The notes under the pieces: generated by a model
What the model was told of the DNA's origin: nothing
The model's database searches: none
Seen by the model: only the letters and a program-made list of their open reading frames with translations
DNA from: Dicyema japonicum
Taxonomy: Eukaryota > Animalia > Dicyemida
DNA: 64,000 bases
Reading direction: 5' to 3'
Assembly: GCA_011109175.1 (NCBI GenBank)
Contig: RDEW01000057.1
Coordinates: 127,049 to 191,048, forward strand
In this document: positions 50,447 to 63,602 of the stretch, piece by piece
How positions within the stretch are numbered: position 1 is the stretch's first letter
Layout: each line of letters begins with the position of its first letter
Position numbers and translations under genes: made by a program

Positions 50447-53400
50447 TTAAAAGGCAAACTTAGTGCGTATATCCTCTAACTTTTTGGCAACCTACCATAT
50501 TAAACCCACATAACCTCAGCACATGTCTTATTCAACTCAATCGCTATATACTTTTGGCGGCATAATCCAATGAATTATACATCTCACATAAAGTCCCATC
50601 AACAACGTGCTAAAGTAAACGCAATATTAACCAAAACAGGAAAATAGGACGAACGATAAGCAAGATTACTTCTCCCAACGATAGAAGGCGATTCATTCCT
50701 CATATACATCTCCAAATGCTGAAAAAAGTCATGCTCCTACAGAATTAGGCCCCACACATACATCGTGAGTACTAAACGGAGCCAAAATCCCAATCGAGCC
50801 AGAGATAGTCGTGTAAACCAAAGTCTCCGATCCCCCAGGTGTGAAGGTCGCCTTCTGAATGGAGGTAACAATTTGTCCCAGATGATAGTTATTAAGCAAA
50901 TCAGCCTTCTGAAAGGCTCCATTCATGAGAGATCTGTCCCAGAGTGCCCGATTGCCAGTTGGGTCTTCGTCGATATCATCATTGACATCATCAGGAAGTC
51001 GACTCTATGAGTAAATAAGAGGAATTACAGCGAATATATTGCCAAACTTGTCCCCACCAACAATAGTATCATAATCAACCATAATAGAAGACGTTATCCA
51101 ACGGGGGTAAAAGTCATCAGCAAATATCACCAACTGGTTCTCGAATCTTCTATATCTAATAAAGTGGAAGCTCTCCTGAACATCGATAGCAATAATCCTA
51201 TTCCCATTGTGTGTAAGGCTGTTATAAAGTGGGGGACTTTCTTATTCTCACATTTTCTCAGCATCTTCTTCTTACCAAACTCATATAGTCGTAACAACTT
51301 TCCAACAGAGACTAAAAGACGACCCATGAAGGGAGTAAGGGCACCAGGAACATCCTCAACTGGGGTTCTGTGCAGTAACTCCATACTTTGACCATCATCA
51401 CTTATCTTGTAACAGTATAACTCTCCCCAGAACATATCTTTGGGTTTAATACAAGTTTATTGGCAGTCCCAACAAACAAATACAAATGTGGGGTCTTTGT
51501 GGGGAATCGAGCCAATGTAATACTTCATTAAAACCACATTATACCTCACAGCAGCCACATTCTGAGGAAGTTCATCTTTCTGCAGGGTCTGTCCAGTCCC
51601 AGGGAGACTAAGCCTCACCACAGAAGCCCACATACCTATCCCAGCCTTAGGGACTCCAAACACTTCAGGAATTGACGTCTACTAATAAGATCATTAATAA
51701 CCGCTAGTGTCTCCTTTGTAAAGCAATTGTTGTCCGTCTCTATGCTCATAAACACTCCACATTCCGGGTTCACTACCATTCGTCGGGGTGTAAACGTTAA
51801 TGGAACTGTCGTCTGGTTAAATATGACCCCCAATTTGTCCAATGATATTATTCTAAATTCATGCAAAGTGACACCTTAGTGTATTCTCAGAAATAGACAC
51901 AATTCCCTCAGGACACTGATCAGAGGAAAAACTGTGAGCATATTCTAACGGCACGTAAGAAATGGGGGTTAAATACGATCTGTTTTGGTGATGGTAACTC
52001 AACCAACATCGACTGGAGGCAGCCATTATCTGAATATATCCAACAAACAAACCCCTTCGAAGCCTTGTACTGAAACTCGGAACAATTTGACCGGTCTCCC
52101 TCCCAAATAGCGGGTCCTCGTGTCGGAGAGGTCTCCAGTAACTGGATCAAGCACAGCCTTAAGTAGCACTCCATTCTGAAGACCAGTGTTGAGGTACAAA
52201 GTGTCTTCAGAGGACATTGATGCAATACACAACGATTCAGGTAAAGCTGGGAGTGACTGAAGAGACAAGTCACAAAGACCATCCTAAAGTAACAAACCAA
52301 TCCAACATTATGAACATCCAAAGAGAGAATCCTAACAGTGCTATCACCCAATCCCACAGCCACAAAGCGAGTCCTCTGTTGTCCAGGGGTGACTGTCCCA
52401 ATAGCCAAACAAATGATATCACTACTCATCTCCTTTCGTTTAGTAAACTCATTGAGTTGACCAGTCTACACTAAATTACACAGCAGACTGAGTCTAATTC
52501 AAAGTACACAATTTGTCCCCCAGTCATCCCAATCACTACTTGACTCATGTTTAATGCACAACTAACGATTTGTCGTTTACTCGGCACTTTCCACTCATTC
52601 ACTCGCTTATCTCCTTTTATGTGACGGATTCCGTTCATGTGAACCTACAATTATCTATATTATACCTGTACAAGAGTATCAATTCCCATCTGCCCACAAT
52701 TTATGGTGGTGGCTGTCCCCAGGAAACCAGAATCCGTGACCTCTTCAACAATTTCACCGATTGAGAGGACCAGAGTAGCATTTGGGAAGGAGACGACTAT
52801 AAAACTGTCAAATTTTTCTTGAATTGTAAAATAGAGGACAACCACTCACAGAATTCTTTACTGTCCACACTGCCTTTGGATTCCCTGGGAGTTCGGAGAT
52901 TGCCATTTCAGACACTTCCAGTCCGTGACGGAGAATCCTCAACCCAGATCGAGGACCAACTCCACAAAACGCATAAACCTGGGGAGTGTCCTCATTAGTA
53001 AAATCCCCAACCTCCAATAAAACTACTAACATACATGTGCGTTAAGAATTGGGGCCAAACTCTCCATTTCGTCTACCAAAACCAAATTCTTTAATGGTCT
53101 GGGGGTAAAGTCAAAGTCATCCTCATATTCACTACTAAACTCAGGGGAGTCATCATCCTCTCCCAAATGCACAATCTGGTACAAATGACTACCAATAACA
53201 CCAAACTTACTGATTTCCAAACTCAGCAGCAACAAACAAGAACCCACTTTTGAGGACACACAACGACTGAGCGAGTGGGACACTATCAAAGTACTTTATC
53301 CTTATCTCGGTGACCTATAGTAACCCCTATCCCTTACAATGTCACTGTCCCTCACAATCGTAACCTTAAACACATCCCCCTGTTCATTCTGCAGCAGATA

Positions 53401-54388
53401 AAAGAACATTGACTTGGTCTTGTGGAGAGTCCCACAAACAATTATCATATTTCGTTCATAACTCTCATAATCCTCCAATTATAAAAGAAATCAACTCGTC
53501 TTCTTGGAATGGGACATCGAATATCTGGTTGATCCCCAAAGTTTCTGTAAATCACAAAGTTCTCTGCGCAAATCAGCAATCCTCCGGGACCGTCATTGTC
53601 AGAAGGAACTACTAATTGGAACCACTACCAGAGAAGATCATGTTGGCATACTCCTCCATAGGTTCGGAAGAACGTCTAACCACGTGGTTTAGTCCCAAAT
53701 CAAGTTCATAGTATGTAAGATGCTGTCTGGTTTCCATAGCTGCCTCTCCACTGGGATCATGGTCGGCATCCTCGTAGTCAATCTCCAAGCAGGCAAAGAC
53801 AGGGTTTTCGAACCCAACATCCAAGGCTGTGATCCCAAAGTTGACAGTATTAGACTTGTGAGCCTCCAGTGGTGAGGATATAGTCAGGTTGGCGTTCGTG
53901 TCTCTGTTAAAGACGTAAACAAGCTTCTGCTTCTCCACTGCCGCGATCATCACTGCTCTCCCTTTAGGGTCAACTGTGAGGAACTCTCCGGGCACAATTC
54001 TACGACATCCCGACCTTCCCACAGTCTCCATATGAACCTAAAATGCAGATGTTCATTTACTTTCTCAAAACAATTTTTATGTTGATTGTACTCCAAGACT
54101 GCAATTTTCCCAGAGTCAGATCCCACAATTATGAGATCCTTGGTTGATCCTGTGAGTTTGAAGGGAAGAATGTCCCGGATTACTGCAAATGCCTCGGTTC
54201 TCAATAGGGAAGTGATTTTACCAGTGGAAACGTCTATTGAAAGCAATTCGAGGGCATCTCCACTATTTTGTTACTCTTGGAAGATACCGTGAAACGACAA
54301 TCTCCTGTTGTTTGCCGCCACTAAAATTCCCATGAATTGCCTTCTCAATACACGTTGATGGTTGGAGATTCAAATTATAGAAATACAT
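50447..54388 (-). CDS. SF3B3: Splicing factor 3B subunit 3 (SAP130/Rse1), 19 introns of 20-25 nt, about 1169 aa after three 1-nt corrections
   Basis: Fully threaded from [10 protein letters not shown] to [12 protein letters not shown]. Hallmark motifs [29 protein letters not shown] and KKMLRKCE. Confidence 0.98.
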
Positions 54389-55811
54389 ATTGGACACACG
54401 AGGACTTAATATTAATTTAAATAATTACTTCGTAAATTTAATATTAATTTAATTATAATATGACAAATTAATTGTTCCGTGTTTATTTATCACCTATAGA
54501 AGAGTTGTTTCAATTTCATAATGTGATGACAGTCGGCCTTTTATATGTTTGTGAGGTCGGGGCAATTGACTAACAAAAGCTTGCAAATTTGACGCGCTCT
54601 TTTGAAGGCAACTGCAAACCGTTATTGGAGAGCAGTGGCTTAGAAAGACTTCAATTCGGGATGTTCTACTTTTCGACAATTCCGGCCAACTATGCACGTA
54701 AACTTACTTTATGTTAACCATTACTGGAAAATATCGCAAAGTCAAGAATGACCCTACAACTGTTTTCAACAATAACATATCAAGATTAAAATGAAATTGT
54801 TAACTCAGGGTAATCTCTAAGCTGGAGAAAGTTTGTCGATCGGGTCTCCGACAAAGCACTTGCTGCTGTTTACAAAAAATATGTGTGCTCGACGAAACCG
54901 AATTGCCTTCTAAGACTCGCACACAAGAAAAAGAAAAAAACGAAAAGTCAAGAACATTTTGATGCCTTGGAATAATTGTCTCGGATTTATTAGCTCGACT
55001 GTTATCCTTAAATAAATTGTAAGTTCTGCCATGACTGTTCTTAAATAATTGTGAAGATGAGGTATAATAATGGAAACATGGCTGTCTAGTGATTGACACT
55101 CAACTGCCTCTTAATCTTGGTCTATCTCTCTTCCATCAAGTCTAGATTATTTCGTGGAGAGTTTCTCGGTATACTTAATTACTTGAATTTGAATAATGGC
55201 TTTGTTGCAATAATTTTCCAATTACGTGGACTACAGCATGGAATCAAAACATAAAATTCCATTTTAAGCATTCATATATTTAAGCCAGTCATATTTTGGG
55301 GACAAGTGAATTTGAAATTTGACATGTGGTGCATCCTAAGCTACATTCAAAATCCACATGAAGACTAAATTGAGATATTTACGTAGAACCCCGGAATCAC
55401 TAGGAAAGATAAACAGATGTGACGTCATACAGTTAGGCGACCCAGTTGCCGCATTCAACTGCACTATCCAACGTAAGTGGCCCTCCGTTGTCCCCACTAC
55501 GAACGAAAGTGCCTTTCTCATTCTGCAGAGAGTTCGGTTTGGGTGGGAACTTTTTGGACAATCGGTTTTCTTTCGCCTGGATATGGACAGGCGAAATTGC
55601 CAGAATAACCGGGTTAAAGAGAGAGTGCTCAACTATTAATGTGATCCTGTTCAAATGGTCAGAGCGAAACGCTTTTTTTCTAGACATCACATCATCCATA
55701 TCCACCATCATGGAAACCCTTCCATGGTAGAGTGAGATCCTTTTTAGAATTTTTATTTTCGCATCTAAAATCAAAAATAATAATAAGTGTTTATAAAAAA
55801 TTTTATTATAC

Positions 55812-55850
55812 AACCCAACATCCAAAGCTGTGATCCCAAAGTTGACAGTA
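55812..55850. repeat. 39-bp copy of SF3B3 exon sequence (53811-53849)
   Basis: 38/39 identity, same orientation. Confidence 0.9.
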
Positions 55851-56400
55851 CTTGTTATAATAAAATCAAATAGTCATTAATTTTTTCGGTTTTAAAATTT
55901 TGATCTTTAGTGAAATTCTTTGAAATTAGCAAAATAGCTCTTTCGACGGAGAACGATTTATTCCTGGTATTAATTTGTTGCATCGCCATAATGTGATTTA
56001 ACTTTACAATTTGCAATAAATGGATACACATTTCACACGGAAAAAAACACAAAACAAGTAAATTTCCCGCTTAAAATTATATTGTCATATACCGATAGTC
56101 AATATCGTGGAGAATCAGCAATAAGAGGACAAATTGTCTCGTTGGATCTTCTCTACTATTCATCTATTTCAGCACATATTGGAGATCTAGTCAATAATCA
56201 AAAATATACTGTGTCACAGTCTGATAAATCGTCACTTACAAAATACAACTAAATTGTCTAAATTTAAAAATCTACACATTAATAAATAATATACATCACC
56301 AGCTAATAGTTAGTTAAAAAACGAGTTTTTTTGTCCCTCAGCTAACCAACATCCCCATTAAAATAAAAGTAAATACTGAATTTATTAAAAATTTATTTAA

Positions 56401-56688
56401 TAACCCCGGATACACCGAGAAAGAAGTTAAAGTAAACAACTAATTAAGTGTATCCAGTTTACACTTCTACAAAAACAGAGTCCATCCAGAACAGCATAAA
56501 AGTTAAGACGTCCATTACATGCAGTTGTGGAAACCCTCCAGTGGAGTGGGGAGAGCAAATGATCCTTTTTCGTGCCGGCCTGGCACTGGGCGTCACATAG
56601 ACAGGTGGATCACATGACGCCACTCTAATAGAAGAGAGAGGAGGAACAGACAAGCAAGCAGAAAACTTTAACCAATTAACCACGCATC
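56401..56688 (-). mobile_element. SINE family B copy with intact core and LINE-derived tail
   Basis: 13-bp TSD aaaatttatttaa at 56388 and 56689. 3' hairpin GGATACAC/GTGTATCC. Confidence 0.8.
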
Positions 56689-57644
56689 AAAATTTATTTA
56701 AAAATGGATTTACCATTAAAAAATAATAAATTTAAAAAATTATAATTAAATAAAATTAATAAAATGTGATCCCTAAGCCTAAATTTACTCATTAGCGAAA
56801 TGTTTAATTTATTTAATTAAAATTTTAGGATCACCAAGAGAGAATTTAATGTTATGGTCGTATACCTAATATGAAATGTTTTACTCTTTAAAAAATATTC
56901 AATTAATTCAAGGAAATTTGTATTTCTTCTATAATTTCCCCGCCATTTTCAGGTTCTATGGAATAAATCGGAAAATTTTGCTCTACTACACAGTATTTAG
57001 CAGTATCTAAACCATCATATAGTGGATACCTCTTTGGCGACCTCTAGGACCCATCGTAATTATAGGTTAAATTGTGCTTAGCCTAAAATTATTCTAAACG
57101 ATTTAATTACTTCTATGGATTTGAGTTTCAACTCAATATCTTCAATACAAAAGAATCGCTCCTATAGTAAGTTCATTGTTCGTCAAAAATAAAATTTATA
57201 GCAATTTTCGTTAAACGACCTCTTTCCCGTCTTAAGATGTTTAACTCCTCTTTCATTTCCTTTATTTTTTCCATGATCTCTCTTTAAATTTTCACCAGAA
57301 GCATTTCAGCACGCTAATTTAATTAATTTATTTTATAGATATTTTATTTATCAATTAATAAGATTTGTAAATTCCAATGGTTTTTTAAATATTTTAAATA
57401 TTTTTTAATAGACGATTTATCAGATTGTGACATACTGTCCACTATTACAATTGTTTTAATGAAAAACCTTAAGTGGCCAACAATTTCATTTTCGGTAGAA
57501 ATATGTTTCACGAAGACCCGTTGTTTCGGATGGTAGTCGGTAACCTTCCTCCTCAAATAGACTTAACAAGGAGGGTGCCTCATTTTATAAATTTTATTAT
57601 TAATTTTACAACTCCATCCCAGGTCATAACCATCCGGATAATCT

Positions 57645-58021
57645 TATGTTATGTTATCCAATTAAGTCGTTTCCGACCCTTGGAGATCTCATGAACGAGT
57701 TTCCTCCACTCTCCCCGATCCGTTGCAATTTGGAGTAGCCTTGATATAGGCATTCCCGTGACGTCTTCCACCGTGGATAGCCACCAAGTCCTCGGTCGGC
57801 CAGGTCTTCTCTTCCCAGTAATATTGTTCAGCATAATGGTTCTTTCCAGTGAATCAGAGCGGACAACATTCCCAAAGAACGCCAATCTGTGTTTTACGAT
57901 TCTTCCTTCTAGCGAAATGTCAGTCTCTACCCGTTTGAGTACATCGATGTTTGTTATTTTATGAAGTCCAAGGGATTCTTAGTAACCTCCTCCAGCACCA
58001 CAGATCAAAAGCATCGGATAA
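57645..58021 (-). mobile_element. RTE (BovB-like) 3' fragment
   Basis: DAFDLWCWRRLLRIPW, LAFFGNVVR and GKRRPGRPRTWW. taaca tail. Confidence 0.85.
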
Positions 58022-58023
58022 TA

Positions 58024-59318
58024 CAGGGTTTTCTATTTATTTAATAACTTTGTCATAAAATTTAATAACTTTGTCAAAATATTCAATAACTTTGTCATAA
58101 AATTTAATAACTTTGTCATAAAATTTAATAATTTTGTCAAAATGTTTAATACTTCGTCAAAATACTTAATAACTTTGTTAAAATGTTTAATAACTTTGTC
58201 AAAATGTTTAATAACTTTGTAAAGATTATTATTTATATTTTTGGGATTATTATTTATATTTTTGGGATCACTATTTATATTTTTTAGATCATTATTTATA
58301 TTTATTAGATCATTATTTATATTTATTGGATTATTAAGTTCCTATAAATACAAATTTTAGCGCAAATTGAATTAAATGAATAGTTACAAAAACAAAAATA
58401 CTACTGTATCCGAGGATAACCGAAAACTTATTATAAATAAATATGAAGCAGGGTTGGCTTATTCAAAAATAAGCGAAGACATCTGTATTAACTATCAGAC
58501 AGTTGTTTCTATCGTCAAAAAATACAAAAATACAGGAAGTTTTGCTTCAACAAAAAATAATTGTGGACGAAAGAAAAAACTTAATTCATCGGACATCTTA
58601 TTTTTGACTAAAAAAATTGAAGAAGATGCTTCATTTACTCTGAAGAATTTAAAAAATTCTTTATTTGATGTGCAAAGAAAAAATGTCTCTTTATCGACAA
58701 TAAATAGGACGCTAGATACATTTGGATATAGTTTTAAAAAGATTCAATTTGTACCTATGGCGAGAAATTCTACAATAAATATGGAAGAAAGATATAGATT
58801 TGCCAGAAAAATAATTGAAATTGATAATCAACGGCTTATTTTTATAAACGAAATGGGAGTCAATTGTTCTATGAGATCCAAATTTGGAAGATCCTCAACT
58901 CAATCCAATTGAAGAGTTTTTTTCTGTTTGGAAAAATAACATCAAAAAGAAAAATTGTAGGTACTCTGAGGAATTAATAAACGCAATCCAAAACATCGGA
59001 GAAATTCCATCAGATGTGTGCAATAATTTGTATAGCCACATGCGGAGCTATTTAGTTAAAGCATTGGCTTATGAAGAATTTTAATTTATAGTTGTTTTTT
59101 TCAATTAATTATAAAATTGGTTTCTTTTAATTTGACCCTTGACAAAGTTATTAAACATTTTGACAAAGTTATTAAGTATTTTGACGAATTATTAAACATT
59201 TTGACAAAGTTATTAAATTTTATGACAAAGTTATTAAATTTTATGACAAAGTTATTAAATTTTTTGACAAAGTTATTAAATTTTATGACAAAGTTATTAA
59301 ATAAATAGGAAAACCCTG
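58024..59318 (+). mobile_element. Tc1/IS630-like DNA transposon with long, tandemly repetitive TIRs and an internally deleted transposase
   Basis: TA-cagggtttt.ctatttatttaataactttgtc at both ends, inverted. HTH ORF 58376-58912 with LIFINEMG, then PQLNPIEEFFSVWK. Confidence 0.9.
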
Positions 59319-59937
59319 TATTAATTTAATAAATAAAAAAATTTATTTAGTTGATTTATAAATTTTATATATATTATTCATTTTTAGATGCCATAAATTC
59401 TCATTTTCATTTTCTACTACGCCGGCCTCATCCTCCAATAGATTAATCAGAATCCTTTTTTCCGAGGGACATCCGGGTAAACCTGATTCGTCTAAGATGT
59501 GGGAATTACCTCTCTCTACCAACGTAGATGTGTAAACTGGATGATGTAAAAGATATCATCTGTTCCTTTTTGTAACCTCTTCAAGTAGACAACAAACCAC
59601 TTTTTGTACGTCCTGAGTTAATCAATGTTCGTCTACAATACCAAGACTGTCCGATCTATGGAGCGACCGAATTTGATACATCCTACTTTATACCCGCTGG
59701 TCTCCTACAAGATAGTGAGGCCGGGGTTACTTAACTAACTATAAAATGTCATGCTAGGAATTTTAGTTTCCATAGAAATTGCCATAGTTCCATTTTTAAC
59801 TGATCAGTCAACATGCATATTATCATCGTCTCTAACCAAGATCTACCGTACACTTAAATCATAGTAACTAATTTATAGAATAAAGTCAGAATTTACTTAA
59901 GATAAAGTTTAATGAACGTAAATTAGGAGAAATAACA

Positions 59938-61049
<1,112 letters not shown>

Positions 61050-61050
61050 N

Positions 61051-61357
61051 TTCTGGTTGAGACGGAAAAAGGTTCTTCAATAAAATCATCTTTATATCGA
61101 GGAGCTGAATTTCTCTGAGATTGAGTTAAGAGCGCAGCCAAAGTCCTTGCTGGATCTGGTGGCGCCCTTCTTTTTGGTGGAATCAATTTTTTAGGGACTG
61201 CAGGTGTCTGAATTTTCGAAGGTGGAACAACACCAGGTGAAGATTTGAATAGATCAACCATACCCAGAGACTGTCGATTCTTGTATTCCGAGTTTTTTGC
61301 ATTACTAGTCTTTTTCTTGTTAAAGTAACTTATGATGAACTGTAGCTTATTTAGCAT
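61051..61357 (-). CDS. Possible N-terminal exon of an unknown Pro/Lys-rich protein, cut by the N gap
   Basis: Open frame from ATG 61357 to the N at 61050. No family recognised. Confidence 0.3.
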
Positions 61358-63436
61358 TTGTTATTGTCGCCAATAATGCGATATATTGTGTTAATGTGTC
61401 CTATTACGGTGACCGAAGATTATTCCCTTTTATGGAATTAGTTTATGTTAGGGAAGGTATTTTATTTTTCTTTCGTTATGTTAATGTGGATTATCAATAG
61501 TTTAATCACTCGAAACGGAGTCAGGGATACCATGGTTTAGAAGAGCCCGCGATTGCGAAGTCATTCCCTCTGATCACCGCCATTTCCTCTGTCCCAGCTA
61601 GGGCTACATCTCTTCGAAGCAAGATACTAGAGAGAAATGTGTCCGTCTTCTTTCCCACGACCCCGGAAGTCTCTATCGCAATAGGAGTGAAATGGTAGTT
61701 ATCGCTGAGTGATCCCTTTTTTGGATTTTCTCACCCGACAATGACTATTAGTTAAATTTCGCAACTTGATTGATTTTGTGTGAGGACATGATTGAGGAAA
61801 TGTAATCATCAAAGAAAATATTGAATGAATAATATTATTCCAAAGACCAAGGGTAAAAACAGACCGACTAATGCCGTGATTTTTACGCGTTCCAGTAGAA
61901 CCCTCATCCAAGCCTAGTGATCCAGGATGACGTGTATTTTACTTCCGAGGACATCAATGATACCGGATTGCTCTTAATCATGGTCCTGGAGTATTTGGAG
62001 AGTGGTTCCTGAAATGAACGAAAAAAACTGAGTTAAACAAAAAAGCAAGATTTGAAAAATGAAGGAAAGTAAAAATACCGAGTCTTTACTTAGCGACCTG
62101 GAAGATGTTCAACGAAGAAACACATTGTAGCACTGAAGAGACTAAAATCGACCTGACTGAGTTCAAGACCAGTAAAAGTACGACTATACAATTGTATTAC
62201 CAATAGTGATCTACAACTCGGGAACTTTGAGATTAACTCAGAGATGTAAGACAACTAAGCACTCAGAAGAAATTCAAAAAATCACAATTTCTAAGAAGTG
62301 TAAAGGAGTCTAACAGACTGGATCCTCCAGGGAATAGCATAAGGAATAATATAACTTTTATATTGCAAATATGGTTATAATAATAAAGTGGTTAATTGGT
62401 CGTAGTGTTGAGTGGCAACATACTTACAACATACTTGTATACAGTAGTATTATCATCGATTTGTTATGAACAATAGTCCTTGTTTTCCTTCTTCATGAGC
62501 GTGGGAGAGGTTACGGATCTGGAGACATTGAAAGTCCGCAGTTTTAAACAAAGGAATCGTCAGGAACAGGTGGGATCCTGGTAACAAAATTTGAAATAGC
62601 TTTGAGGATCATTTTTAGAGCCTGCACGTGTGGGTGGTAGTTAATGTAATTGCTAATAAATATTCTCTTTTTGAGTAACAGTCTTCAAAATTGGAAAAAT
62701 AATTCTAAAATCTATTTTAGCAGACATTAAGTTATAAAGTTTTTTCTCTTTCTCTTATGCGACTGGAAATATATTTACTTCACTCCCGACGATGTTTTTA
62801 GGAGTGAGTCGATGCTTGTGGTGTTCCATACAAATGGTTTCGTCTATTTGAATGGAAGGATTGTAATTCCGTTCTACCGTTTTGTATCTTTTTTGTCCAA
62901 GCCGATCAGTTTCAGGAAGGAAGGGTATCCAAAAGACTTAATAACACTTTAGAACCTATCTCAGCAAGAAAAGGACATATGAGCGTTTACCATCACCTGA
63001 AGTATGAACGTAGTTGTTTAATTGTTTTTTCTTTTGAGAGTGTCGTTGATTCCACCACATTTAAGTGGACATAAAGTACTTCTAACTGATTTGTTGGAGT
63101 CTCCGAGGCCTCCGGATCAAATTCCNTTTAGAACCTATCTCAGCAGGAAAAGGACACATGAGCGTTGACCATCACCTGAAGTATAAACGTAGTTGTTTAA
63201 TTGTCCTTTCTTTTGAGAGTGTCGTTGATTCCACCACATTTAAGTGGACATAAAGTACTTCTAACTGATTTGTTGGAGTCTCCAAGGCCCCCGGATCAAA
63301 TTCCATTCAAGCTTCGAGAATCAAAAATTGTGACTTCTGATTTAAAGTGTTAGACCAAGGCTCTCAAGTTAAAGAATTAGATTTTTTGACTCTCCAAAAC
63401 TGTTTGATTTCCCGTTTATAGTGCAGTTGTCAAAGT

Positions 63437-63602
63437 GGTTGTAGGAAAAAAAGTCAAGTGGAAAAAAGGTCAAGCGGAAAAAAGGTCAAGCGGAAAAAAA
63501 GTCAAGTTGTCTTTTTTTAGTTTATATCGCATTTTTGTGATACTACTAGCATCTTTTAATTTTTAAAAATTTTTTCAATACTTGACTTTTTTTCCGCAAT
63601 CC
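63437..63602. mobile_element. 166-bp MITE (Merlin- or MULE-like)
   Basis: TIRs ggttgtaggaaaaaaagtcaag / cttgactttttttccgcaatcc. Exact 8-bp TSD GTCAAAGT at 63429 and 63603. Confidence 0.8.

Noticed and set aside
54494-55825. Several 65-130 aa ORFs upstream of SF3B3
   Set aside because: Overlapping on both strands with no recognisable motifs, so a gene call cannot be supported.
58035-58335. CRISPR-like 21-bp arrays and the repetitive ORF 59117-59308
   Set aside because: No unique spacers. These are the transposon's TIR minisatellites.
62948-63304. 178-bp tandem duplication
   Set aside because: The copies are separated by a single N and differ by a few substitutions, typical of overlapping allelic contig ends at a scaffold join.
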